A stretch of DNA of 64,000 bases from Thecamonas trahens ATCC 50062 (taxonomy: Eukaryota > Protista > Apusomonadida), in NCBI RefSeq assembly GCF_000142905.1, contig NW_013657663.1, positions 248,001-312,000 of the forward strand, given 5' to 3'. Both the position numbers and the translations under genes were made by a program. The stretch's first letter is position 1, and every line of letters starts with the position of its first letter. Under the pieces are notes generated by a model. It worked only from the letters and a program-made list of their open reading frames with translations, was not told where the DNA came from and made no database searches. Positions 53,284 to 64,000 of the stretch are shown here, in pieces.

Positions 53284-55221
53284 CTAATGGTCAAGGATGC
53301 GGAGCGAGCCCGTCACAATCTTGTTCTCAAAGACGGCACCGGACGGCACGTCAATGTGCTCGCCGTGCGAGGCGACAATGATGACGGTGCCGCGGAGGGT
53401 GATGTCGGAGCCGAGGATGACGTCACCGGAAATCGTGAGGTGGTCGAGCTCGAGCAGGTCAGGCGTGGAGAGGATGCGGCTCTGGTAGCCAGCCATCTTG
53501 GAGAACTCTGCGCCGAGCTTGATGACGGGCGGCCCGCCGATGCGAAGCGGCGAGAGAATGAGCGAGCCAGAGACGAGGTCATAGAGGTTGGACTGAACCA
53601 GCAGAAGGTCTGAAGTCTTCTTGACCGGGAGGAAGCGCGAGCGCGGAACGTTGACGCCGATGGCACCGCGGAAGTACTCCATGGCTGCGCCGCATGCCTG
53701 CTCCAGCTGAATGACCGACGAGCCGTCGCTGAGCGACTTGTTGTTGACAATGATGTCCATGTTGAGCGCATTGTCGTTGACCAGGCGCTTGATGGCCGGC
53801 AGCGAGCACCAGAGCGAGTTGGTGTTGAAGATCTTGAACTTTTTGATTGACTTGAACTCCTCGACCTTGTCAGACGGAACCTGGGCAATCTCCAGCAGCT
53901 TGGAGCGGCCCTCGTAGGTGATAATGGTGCCGCCCTTGACGTCGGCCTTGGTCTTGTCGGTCACCTCCATGATAAACTCGATGTCGCCGTCGGACGAGAC
54001 CATCTTGTCCAGGATGGGAAGCGAGACGGTGGCGCCGAGGTTGTCGACGTTGGAGATGAACACAATCTCTTTGCCCATGCTGCGGAGGGCGTCAAGGATG
54101 CCTGACCGCTCCAGCGAGGCGTAAACATCGCCGTGCCCGGGCGGGTACCAGTGGGTGCGGTCCGGATCGTCGGCGGTCTGCGGGACCGGCGTGAGCGACT
54201 CCTTGAAGATCCGCGGCATGCGCGACTGATTGAACGTCAAAATGTTGACGCCCTCGATACCTTCGTACTTGCGCACAATCCGGAGCGTGTCCTCGTGGGT
54301 GTTGAACGAGTTCATCAGAACGAGCGGCACAGAGACCCCGTGCGTCGTGTTGAGGTGCTGGATCTGCCGAACCGTCAGATCGAGGAACGTCTGCCCGGCC
54401 CGGACCTCGATCGCAGACTTGGGGCCCACGCAGCCCATGGTGGTCCCGAGTCCGCCGTTGAGCTTGAGCACCGCAAGCTTTGAGAGCAATTCCTTGGGCG
54501 GGAGCCGCGCCTCGGCCGCCAGCTCTTCAAACGGGATGACCAGGTCGTCGGCAGGCGGCTGGATCTTATCCCACTTGATCGTCGACCCAGCTTCGTTGAG
54601 GTACCGCGAGAAGAGCTTGTGGTACGTCTTGAACTCCTGCTGCATCATAAACTGGTCCTCTGCGTCCTGCGCCGTTGCCAGTAGCTCGTCGAGCTCGGCG
54701 CGCATCCGCACGTCCGCCTGATTGTGGAGCTGTCACCGCGTACCCTCTCTCGCGTGAGTGCCCTCATCCTCCTCCCCTTCCCCAGCTCAGTTCAGCCCGC
54801 ATGACGACATGAGCCGACATGAGCCGACATGAGCCGACTTGAGCCGACTTGAGCCAACATGAGCTGCTCCGAGCGCCACCATGGAAGCCGCCACCACACG
54901 GCCACCCGCATCCCCCCACACACACACAAACGCACACACAGACGCACAGACACGCGCAATCACACGAACAAGGGTAGCTACAACAAAGTCAACGAGATCC
55001 TCCCATCTCCAACCCCATCACTCATCCCTTTCACCCCTCTCTCTCTCTCTCTCCTCTCACCCTCCCACCCACTTCCCATGCCTCACCCTCGCCCAGCCAC
55101 GTCACCCTCTCCCTCCTCAGCCACCGGAGCCAACCGCCTCGGCAGTAGAGTCTGACAACAGACGTACGTCGTTTTGGAAGTTGGCTTCTGAAGAGAGTCG
55201 ACCAAGAGAAGAAGCTGCCAT
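53284..55221 (-). CDS. UGP2: UTP--glucose-1-phosphate uridylyltransferase, join(complement 55168..55221, 53284..54729)
   Basis: KLNGGLGTTMGCVGPKS, LMNSFNT, WYPPGHGD, SNVDNLGA, DVKGGT, FNTN, RSRFLPVK. Phase-0 intron GTACGT..CAG. Confidence 0.96.
54806..54864. repeat. 10-bp tandem repeat (gagccgacat/gagccgactt), about 6 copies, in the UGP intron
   Basis: Seen directly in sequence. Confidence 0.9.
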
Positions 55222-55439
55222 GGTTGTACTGCAGTGAGAGAGAGGGGTTGCCGGCTTAGGGGGGGAGAGGGGGAGGAGGGAAAAGGTGGTGAGTTCAACG
55301 GAGGTGAGAGGCTTGTTTGGATGCAGTTGAAACGAAGAAAAACATGTCTTCCGTGACTGGCCCGGATCATACATAGCCATGGTAAGGGGAGTAGCAGAGT
55401 CCTCTTGAACCGCCATCATTTAGTGCAATACCTTCGAAA

Positions 55440-57320
55440 TCAATAGTGAGTGTGGTCGATGGGAACGAGGGACGGAGAGAGAGGGACGGCGAGATGCACG
55501 ACAGTGGCATCAAAGTAGAGGGCGAGGAGCGAGGGAACGTGTTGGATGACATGCAAAGTGCCTGCCCAGTGCAAAGCGCGAGAGATCTTGAAGACTTCCA
55601 GCTCGGGGCGTGACTGCAGGAGCAAGAGAATGGCTTCGTCGGTCATGAGTGTCCGCCGCACGTCGAGGTATCGGATGGAGACAAGATGCGGAACAAGGGC
55701 GAGCCAGAATTGCGGCGGGACCAGCACGTTGCGTGCGACTGTGAGCGAGATCAGCCGCGAGACTGAAGGCGAGTCAATGAGCGCAGAAATGGCAGAGGCG
55801 TCAAATGGGACACCATCCAAGTCGAGGACCCGCAGCGCAGTCACCGACCCCAGGAGCGCGCAGAGCGCCTGGCTGGTGGCCGGCATGAGTTGACCGCGCT
55901 GGGCCAGAGGCTCGGAGAGCCGGTGGGAGAGATTGAGAACTTTGAGCGATGCCACGTGTGGCGCCACCGCCAGCTGCGTGAGCGTCTCGACACCAAAAAA
56001 CACGTTTGCGAGCGAAAGCTCTTCGAGGCCGGATGTGAGTGAGCCCAGGAGGCTGGCCACCGCCGGGTCGGAGAGGTGCGGGCACGACGCAAGCGAGAGC
56101 TTTCTCAGAGCCGAAAGCTTTGCCGAGGCCAGAAGCTCCACGCTGGCATCGGTCATCGACCACGCGCACCGCGACAGATCGAGCGAGGTAAGCGACGCCG
56201 CCAGCCGAGACGTTGCCGGCGTCGGCACGAACGCCAGCTGCATCAGCGCCCTGCAGTTTGCGCCGCGCGCTACCCACCAGGGCCACCACTCGCTCAGCAC
56301 CTGGCCCGCCACCAACGCGTCCAAGTCCTTGAGCATCTGGCAGGCAGGCGAAGAGTCGCCCGGATTGGTGCACGCTCCGCGCAGAGTCGCCGGTGCATGT
56401 GCGTGGACAAGCCGGCCGACTGCGCCGGCGGCAAGCTCCTCAAGTGACCGCACGTCACCGGCGGCGCGCCGAGCAGCGGCTGCTGCAGGCGGTGGCAGCG
56501 CAGGCGCGACGACTGATTGCAAGAGCAGCCGCGGATCGGTGGTAAACTCCGCCGCCGCCGCATGAGAAGCCCGGACAGCAGCTGTCCACTCGGCCGGCGG
56601 CGCAGGTGGAGGTGGAGCAGCTGCAAACGACGATGATGACGCCGCCACCGACACAGTCTGCTTTGACTCTTGCCATGCCATCCATCGCAGCTCTTCCAGG
56701 CTCTGGCCCGACTCGCCGATGGTCTCGAGCGCGACAACATGCTCGAGACGGACCGGCGGTGAGGTGGCGCCGGTGTACCGCAGCGTGCTCAGCTCGGTCA
56801 TTCGCCGGCTGCCGGCCGCCACAACGCCCGACCGATGCAGCGACGAGGGGGCGAGCGGGCCAAACGAAAACGAGAATCGCGGCGGGGCGGCTGACGCCGG
56901 CGTCGCATCAGCCGCCAGCGCCACGCTCGATGACGACGACGCAGCGTCGTATGTATCATCATCGCACGACGTCTCGCCATCCGTGGTAGCCGCCACAAAC
57001 GGGTCAAAGTCGAGACCGGGACTTGCAGCCGCAGCACGGCCATGCGATCTTCTCCGAGGCGAGCCGAGCCGCAACGCTGCCGTTCGACGACGGGCACAAC
57101 CAATCACTTTCGCAGCCGACGCATCGCTTGCAACGTGCTTGGCAGCACGAGCCGACCCGAGCTCACCAGAACTCGACACGGACGTGAGAAGAGGGGTACG
57201 TGATGCCAGACGCGGAGACAAGGTACTAGATCGACCGTGGCCGTCTCTAGTGTCCGAGTCGGAGACATGGGCCGTAGAACGGGCCGTCTCGTCGTGAGGG
57301 TACCGCGAGGGACGAGGCAT
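55440..57320 (-). CDS. Leucine-rich repeat protein with low-complexity N-terminus
   Basis: LRRs LTSLDLSRC, LRKLSLASCPHLSD, LEELSLAN, LKVLNLS, LRVLDLDG, IRYLDVRRT. An SLEELAA motif precedes the LRRs. Confidence 0.82.
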   Translation of the reverse strand: MPRPSRYPHDETARSTAHVSDSDTRDGHGRSSTLSPRLASRTPLLTSVSSSGELGSARAAKHVASDASAAKVIGCARRRTAALRLGSPRRRSHGRAAAASPGLDFDPFVAATTDGETSCDDDTYDAASSSSSVALAADATPASAAPPRFSFSFGPLAPSSLHRSGVVAAGSRRMTELSTLRYTGATSPPVRLEHVVALETIGESGQSLEELRWMAWQESKQTVSVAASSSSFAAAPPPPAPPAEWTAAVRASHAAAAEFTTDPRLLLQSVVAPALPPPAAAAARRAAGDVRSLEELAAGAVGRLVHAHAPATLRGACTNPGDSSPACQMLKDLDALVAGQVLSEWWPWWVARGANCRALMQLAFVPTPATSRLAASLTSLDLSRCAWSMTDASVELLASAKLSALRKLSLASCPHLSDPAVASLLGSLTSGLEELSLANVFFGVETLTQLAVAPHVASLKVLNLSHRLSEPLAQRGQLMPATSQALCALLGSVTALRVLDLDGVPFDASAISALIDSPSVSRLISLTVARNVLVPPQFWLALVPHLVSIRYLDVRRTLMTDEAILLLLQSRPELEVFKISRALHWAGTLHVIQHVPSLLALYFDATVVHLAVPLSPSLVPIDHTHY

Positions 57321-58029
57321 GGCGCCCAATTTAGCAGCCACGTGTGAGGGCAGGTCGCGCTCAAGAGCGAGCAAGCCAAGCGCTAGCGACCAAGTACGAG
57401 GCGAGTGCTGCAGAGGGTGCACAACCTACACCAAGTGATGGGTAGCGGGTTGAGTGGTTACCGACTCGTTCCACAGCGGCCCGGGCTTGGTCTGAGCCAT
57501 CGGCGAAGGTTTGGCCTCTGCACTAATTGCAGCCAATCACGGCAGGGACAGGAAGTCTCCGCTTGCCGCGGAAAACCGAAGCAATATCTCCAACAACCCC
57601 ATACACAACGCACCGGCCTGCGGCACCTCTACTCTACGACAGCACCACAGGGTGCTATGGACTCTTGATCACACCGATGTTCAGACTAGCAGACTGGAAA
57701 CAAGCACTACTACCGTAGCACCGGTCATGAAGGTGGGCACGGTGACATACAGCTCGGTTGGAAGGGGAATGGATCTGGTCGGGGCGAGGGGGTTCAAGAG
57801 TGGGTGTCGGGCCTTGGCAAGCTGTCGAGCAAATAGGACGCAATGGCAAAAAAGTCCCGCATCACTCCGCGACAGCCACAGTTGGGAAAGTGTGGCAGGT
57901 CGGCGATGCGCGACAAGAAGGGCCACGTGCGACGATGCGGCGATGTTGGGAGGGTGGCAGCGAGTGCACGGCTGTGTCCACGGCACGCTGGAGGAGGCCG
58001 GAGAAGGAAGCGGAGTAAGAGGAACGCAT

Positions 58030-59099
58030 TTACTTGCGCTTGTTCTTGCCGGAGGACTTCTTGGTCTTGCCGCCGATCACCTTCTTGCGGAGGTGGGCGG
58101 GGAGGAAGTCGACATCGTCCTCAGTGAGGCCGGCCGGCGCGGTGCCAGCCTCGACCTTGACGGCAGCGCGCTTGCTCGACTTGTTGGGCGACGACGACGA
58201 TGACGAAAAGTACAGGTAGGCTGCGGTGGCCAGAACCAGGAAGCCTGCGACGTAGCGGAAGGCCGTCGAGGCGTCGAGCAGCGGTGCGGCGTCGACGATG
58301 GCAATGGTCGAGTTGTAGGCGGCCGAGAGCCACAGGTTCTCCTCAGCGTCCGAGTAGTAGACGAGGACCATGAGGCCGAACGGGCGCGGGTCAAAGTTCT
58401 CGTTGGGCGTGAAGCGGTAGACAAACGAGCCCTCCTCGTTGGGGTGAACAAAGGTGGCGTAACGCCAGGCGGTGTAGTTCTCGACAAAGTAGCCAAAGTC
58501 GTTGGGCATGACCAGCGAGGCCGTGATGTACGTCACATTGATCTCGGTGTTGGCACCGTTAGAGACACCGACGACAACGTCGACGGTCTCACCAGGCGGG
58601 AACTCCTTGTCCATGTGGTTCTCAAACAGGATCGAGGTGGTCACATCCGGGTGCGCGTACGACTGGACAGCCGCCGCCTCCTCCTCGCCACCGAGCTCGA
58701 GGCCAGCCCCGCCGTCCTCACCGTAGAGGTCAAAGTCATCCTCCTCGTAGCCCTCCGCGTCCTGGGCGAAGGCCACCGCTACTCCCCGCATCCGTTCCAC
58801 TCTCTCCGTGAGCTCATGCCGTTGCCTATGCCATGGTCAACTCCCGCCAGCTACGGCTGCCACCCACAAAAACGAAAAACAAAGAGCTGGCGACCTCTGA
58901 CCGTCTTTGCCAAGGGGGGGGGGGGGGGGCAACCGAGCTACCCTTCCGCAACACTTGCTCACCAGGTACAAACTCTCTACACACGTGCTGGCTGTCACCC
59001 GCTTGCCAACAGCGCACTCTCCCTTGCTCTCGTTGACGTACGCAGCATCGTCGCCGCCACAAGGGCAAGGGCCATCAGCACAACGATAAACGACTTCAT
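58030..59099 (-). CDS. SSR1: Translocon-associated protein alpha (TRAP-alpha), join(complement 59042..59099, 58030..58778)
   Basis: Signal-peptide exon MKSFIVVLMALALVAATML, acidic N-terminus, HPDVTTSILF...VVGVSN...YFVENYT...SFVYRFTP...RPFGL, single TM, basic tail. Phase-1 intron GTACGT..TAG. Confidence 0.92.
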
Positions 59100-59449
59100 A
59101 CGATCGATCCGCGCGAGTCGAGTGGCTACCACCGCCTCCCGCGCGTCGCCCGGTTGCCGGCTGCTGATTGCCGGCTGCCGGCTGGAGACGACCAACCGCG
59201 CGCGGAGCAGACAGCTGTGTCGCGTACATTTGGTGAATGGTGACTGGTCTTGTCAGCCAACTTGTCTGCGTACCATCTCGATGGACACCACTCTCCGGTT
59301 AGATGTTGTGGCCATGTTGATATAAAGGCCATGCACTGGCTCGGCACACGAGCAAGTACGAGAGCGGACACGGCTACATCTCTGGCCGCAGCAGAGCAAC
59401 ACCAAGAGAAGGCTGTCGGCGACCGGATGTGTTTGCGATGGGGGGGTTG

Positions 59450-62400
59450 CTACAAGTCGTCGTCATCTAACAGCCCAGACGTCGAAATGTCCAGATCTTC
59501 GATGGAGCCGCTGCCGCCGCTGACGTTGTCCTTGAACGGCGAGGTGCACATGGGGCAGAGGCCCGACTCGAGGATGTGCAGCTCGTAGTCGGCCTCGTGG
59601 TAAACGTGGTTGCACGCCGCGCAGGCGTAGACCGGAAAGGCAGGCGTGATGTTGAGGTAGAACTGCGCCCGCATGGCCGGGCACGCCCACTCCCGAACAA
59701 GAACCTGCGAGGCGTCGAGCGCCGCAAGGCCAGCACGCGAGATGACAAACGGAACGTACGTGTCTGACGATGTCACCGCCATCAACTGGTCGCCAAACAG
59801 CTCTTGCACCAGGCCCCGCGACGAGCCGTCCTCCGGCTCAGCGCCCGAGGCCAGCGACAGCGTCTGCGCCCCGCCGTCGCCGCGAGCCGACTCGCGCCAC
59901 CGCCGTGACGACCCACTACCGCCGCTACTGTTACCAACACTGTTCCCGGGCAGGGTGAATGTCGGCACAGCCGGCGCGTCAGCTTCCAGCTGCGCAGCCG
60001 CGAGCTTGCGCGCCAACGGCGTCTTGGCAAGCGAATCTGTGCGGATGAGATCCTTGGCGGCGTCGGCGGAAATCGAGTCCGGGAGGACAAACTCGACAAG
60101 CGGGAGCGTGTCGAACGAGTAGAACGAGACCTGGAACTCGTGGTGGCACGTGGCACACGCCCCGTTGCGCGGGACAAGCGCATTGAGCGCCCCACAGCGC
60201 GCACACCGCGGGTGCAGGTCGCGCAGCGTCGGCTCATCATTGAGCTTGCTCCGCGTCGCAATTGCCATCGCGTCGAGCTCGTACAGCCACTTGGACGGGA
60301 CAACCAGCGCCGTCAGCTTGTCGAGCGTCGACCGCGCCAGGTTGTACGCCCCGCAGTCGAGCCCAAGCCGCGCGAGCGCAATAAGCGTGTAGACTTTGGA
60401 GACTCCGCGCGGCGCGACCCGCTCGATTCGAGTGAGCAGGTAGCGGGTGATGTTGAAGACTGCGTCCTGCGAGCCGAGGTGCGGGTTGAATGGCTCGTCA
60501 ATGTACGCCGACACAAACTGGAACGCGTAGTAGATCTCGGCCTTGTAGTAGTAAACGGAAAACTTCTTGAGCTTCTTCTTGTCGCTTGACGACAGGCTCG
60601 AGACCTCGGACTTGACCTCGGAAAGGTACTGCATGCCGAGCCACCAGTAGTAGTGCGCAGCGGGGCCGAACCGGCGCTCAGAAACCGCATTGGTGATGAG
60701 CGCCTCAAGAAGCTTGATCGACTTTTCACGCGAGCCCGACTTGCCCAGCGCCTTGATGGCCGCCTCAAACTCGTCGCGCTCCAACAGCCACTCGGCATAC
60801 GGCACGTACACATCCTGCGCGTACGCCGGCACGTCGGCAACAACCGCAAACGCCTCTTTCCAGTGCGCGAGCTTGACATGCAGCTCGACGAGCGACTTGA
60901 CGTCCCCAAGCTTCTCGTACGCCTCCAGCGCCGCCTCGTACTGCTCGTGGGCGCGCAAGAGCTTGGCTGCCTCGCGCAATGGGCCCTTTTCCTGCGCCGA
61001 GAGTCCGCCCACTACCTGTGCCAGCATGTCCAGCTTGTCGCCAGTTGAGCCGCCCGCAGACTCGGCAAGCGCCTCGGCAATGGTCGACACCACCTTATCG
61101 TGCTGGCCCGACGAGTGGTACAGCTCGACCAGCGCCCGCCAGTCGCCCGAGCCGACCACCGATGCCTCGCGCTTCTTCATCAGCTGCTCCATGGGAATGC
61201 CGTATTTGGCCGCCACCTGCTCAGCCTCGTCGAGCTCGCCGAGGTCGACGTACATGTCCAACGCAAGCTGTGGCTTGTTGGCCCGCTGGTACAGCTTGCC
61301 CGCCTGCGCAATCTTGCCCTGAAACGCCAGGATGTGAGCCATCAGCACCGAGTCGTCGGCACCTTGAATCGCCGCCTGCCGCTCGATCGAGTCTACTAGC
61401 TCAATGTACCGCAGCTCGCGGATGCGGGTAAAGGCCTTGCGTGCAATGCCGAGCTCGAGATTGATGAGCGCGTCATGCGCGAGCCGCGACCAGTCAGCCT
61501 CGGTTACGCCCAGGCACGCCACGGCGTACGCGTTGCCAAAGTCCTTGACGCTCAGATACTGGTGCAGCGGGCCCGACTGCGGGACCTCGATCGGCTTCAT
61601 GGCCAGTGCGTCGAGGCAGAACAGCCGCGAGCCCATAAAGCCGACCACAAACCCATTCTGCTTCCGCGGAATGGCCGGAAACTTGCCGGCCTTGACAAAA
61701 ATGGTCTCGCTCCGCGTCGAGTACGCGAGCATGTCTTCGTGGTGGGCGTTAAAGGCGACCGAGTTGACGTCGGCCTCGCTAAACTCGAGCTCGCCCGATG
61801 TCACGCTGTACACCATGAGGTTGTGGTGCTCATCCACAACCGCTAGTCGCATCCGTGACTGTGAAAGGTCCAGGCACCGGATCGACGCGCCCTGGTCGAT
61901 GAGCTTGACCGGGAATGGCGAGTTGACAAAAACCTTGACCACCTCGCCCGACCGCATGCCCACAAGCAGACCCTCGCCGCCGACCGGCCCGCCCAACACC
62001 TTGACATACCGCACCAGGGATGCCAGGTTCCACTCGCGGAGCCGACTCCCGTCAAAGCCAAACATGACCAGCGACCGCTCGTGGCAGAGCACCACGTGCT
62101 CGGCTGTCACCACAAGCAACGAACACTCAGTCTTGCCCACATCGAGCCGCGCCAGCTCGCGGAACTTGATTCCGTCGCCGTCAGACTCGGAGCCGCTGTC
62201 AGCGTCCGACGCCTCCATGTCGCCAGCCTTGAGCGCCGACGGCACAGTGCCCGGCAAGTGGACGCCATCCTCGGTCCCGTACAATTCGTACACTACAACG
62301 CTCGACGGCGTCTGGACCGCAAGCCGCGAGGTGTAGACCGCGAGTTTGAGCACATGGTCGCGGACAGGCACCAGCGTCTTGTCTTCGGTAATGAGATCCT

Positions 62401-63573
62401 GAACCGTCACCGACGTCATCGCCTTGCGCGCCGCGTACGTCTGCTGATGCAGGCCGTGGACCGTTGAGTAAGTCACATCGTGGAGCGAGATCGAGCCGTC
62501 GGCTGTTCCGATGGCAACCGCCGAGGTCTCGGCCCGATGCGCCGCCGCCCACACCCACCCGTCACGGCCCACAACCTCACCGAGCGCCACCCCCTCTCGC
62601 GAATACAGCGAGAGCGCAGAGTTGGAACCGCCAATGAGCATATACTCGTCGTCACCGTTCCAAAACGCCAGCGACGTCGGGTCAAAGCCGAGCTCGACCT
62701 CGCGCCCAAGTTGGCGCCCGGTCACCGAGTAGAACGAGAGCTTCTGCGACCAGTCGCCGACCGCCAGCACCGGCGAGCCCACCAGCGACGGCCGCCACGC
62801 AAGGCACCACACCGGATCGGTTCCGCGCGAGACGCTGACCACCTCCTCGCCGTCCTTGTTGCGGATGGAGAGCGTGCCGTCCCACATGCCGAGCGCAAGG
62901 TTCTGCCCATCGGGCGTCCACGCGCACGAAACCACCCGCGATGAGACCTTGGTCTTGTCCACCTCGTTGCGCTCCGGCGACCAAAGGCCAAAGTCCGAGC
63001 CTGTGCACGATGCCAGCTGCTGTGAGACCGGGTTGTACGCCATGCAGTAGACCGGCTCGTGGTGCTTGTACCGCAGAATGCCCTGCAGCTCCGAGGTCCA
63101 GATGATAACATGCTTGTCAGCCGAGCCTGAAGCAAACCGCGTCCCATCACGCGAGTAGGCGACACAGTACACCGGGGCCTTGTGGCCCTTGAGGCCCTTG
63201 ACCAGCTCGCCTGTGTCCATGTCGTACACCAGCACCCGGTGGCCCACTGCCGCCACCAGGTGCGGACCCGTCGGCTGGAACGCCACTCCGTAGATAGGCT
63301 GGCCCACTCCCTCCATGTTCCGCTACCCCCACTCCCCCCCCCCGGTCCACCACCACAGCCACACACACTCCATGAGTCCTCCCCCCTCCCTCCCCTCTCG
63401 ACCCTCTCGACCCTCTCGACCCGCGCCTCTCGACCCTCTCGACCCGCGCCTCTCGACCCTCCCGTCTCACCTTCCCCCTCTTGCCCCCCTCCCCTCCCCG
63501 CCTCCCTCCCCCCTCCCCACCACCACCACCACCCACATACCACCTTGTTGTCCCACACCACTTGTGAGCTCAT
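59450..63573 (-). CDS. IFT122: Intraflagellar transport protein 122, join(complement 63541..63573, 59450..63322)
   Basis: LKGHK..VYCVAYSRDG.RFASGSADK.VIIWT, GILRYKH, DFGLWSPE, YAVACLGVTEADW, ARKAFTRIR, and C-terminal Cys motifs. Phase-0 intron GTATGT..TAG. Confidence 0.96.
63396..63460. repeat. Imperfect tandem repeat (ctcgaccct / ctcgacccgcgcct) in the IFT122 intron
   Basis: Seen directly in sequence. Confidence 0.75.
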
Positions 63574-64000
63574 GGTTACTCCCTCCTTGAGCCCTTTGCT
63601 CCTGTCTTCAAGAGCAGAGCGGTGGTTAGCCAGCTCCCGCTGCCGCCCCTGTCAGGAGTCCGGCTGCTGGGACTGACTTGGCGCGGAAACAAGCTTTGCG
63701 CGAACAAACTGGTATGTCTGATCGTGGTGATGGCGACGATGTCAACGATGGCAACGATCGGGAACGGGAATGAAGAGGGAAAGAGGGTGAGAGGGGGGGG
63801 GGGGGGGTAATTAGCTTTTGCTAACCGCAAGCGCGCGTATGACTACCGTCACGGTCTTGGTTGAGATCAAGTCCAAGGGCCAGGCCAGATCCCAAGCAGC
63901 AATCAGACTGATGGCAGGCGGTTCAGCAGGACAAATAGCACCTTAGCAGTCCGGATAAGAGAGAGGGGGATACGGCGCGGCGAGATCAGTGATGAAAGTT

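Noticed and set aside
49133-55221. GT77 and UDP-glucose pyrophosphorylase as a glycan biosynthesis cluster
   Set aside because: Two unrelated genes separate them, UGP is universal housekeeping, and no arabinose-pathway genes are nearby.
63565-63585. RFX X-box-like GTAACCATG at the IFT122 start, and GTTGC..GCAAAC near 25363 upstream of dynein
   Set aside because: Only half or degenerate matches, which are expected by chance.
63839-63946. Short plus-strand ORF MTTVTVLVEIK... near the window end
   Set aside because: Only 35 codons with no recognisable homology. It cannot be evaluated at the window edge.

Overview
This is a gene-dense, GC-rich, intron-poor eukaryotic nuclear region from a flagellated protist. 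The style (short intergenic spacers, poly-G/poly-C tracts, rare 5'-proximal GT-AG introns) is reminiscent of an apusomonad such as Thecamonas, but that is inference only. About 23 protein-coding genes are supported: a partial COX18-like insertase, a Kelch-BTB protein, a small three-exon BAF-like gene absent from the ORF track, an ARM-Kelch-GOLD protein, a calmodulin-ubiquitin-like-calcineurin A fusion, ATAT1, two LRR proteins plus an F-box/LRR protein, PIP5K, V-ATPase subunit c, a PNKD/glyoxalase II-like hydrolase, an RPH/PigC-type dikinase, an 'MGYTHYW' protein, a His-box hydroxylase, an intronless outer-arm dynein heavy chain, a tandem-SET protein, PKD2, a divergent DDB1-like propeller protein, a plant RRA-like GT77 glycosyltransferase, an NCS/CNB-like Ca sensor, a small membrane protein, UGP, TRAP-alpha and IFT122. 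Five clear single-base frameshifts split real genes and are most likely sequencing errors. A 100-N gap lies in the ATAT1 intron. No rRNA, tRNA, CRISPR array or mobile element was recognised. The most notable observations are the apparently self-contained calcineurin, the hidden BAF homolog, the RRA-like arabinosyltransferase and an intronless prokaryote-like enzyme cluster at 18-24 kb. All family assignments are by motif recognition from memory; no searches were run.
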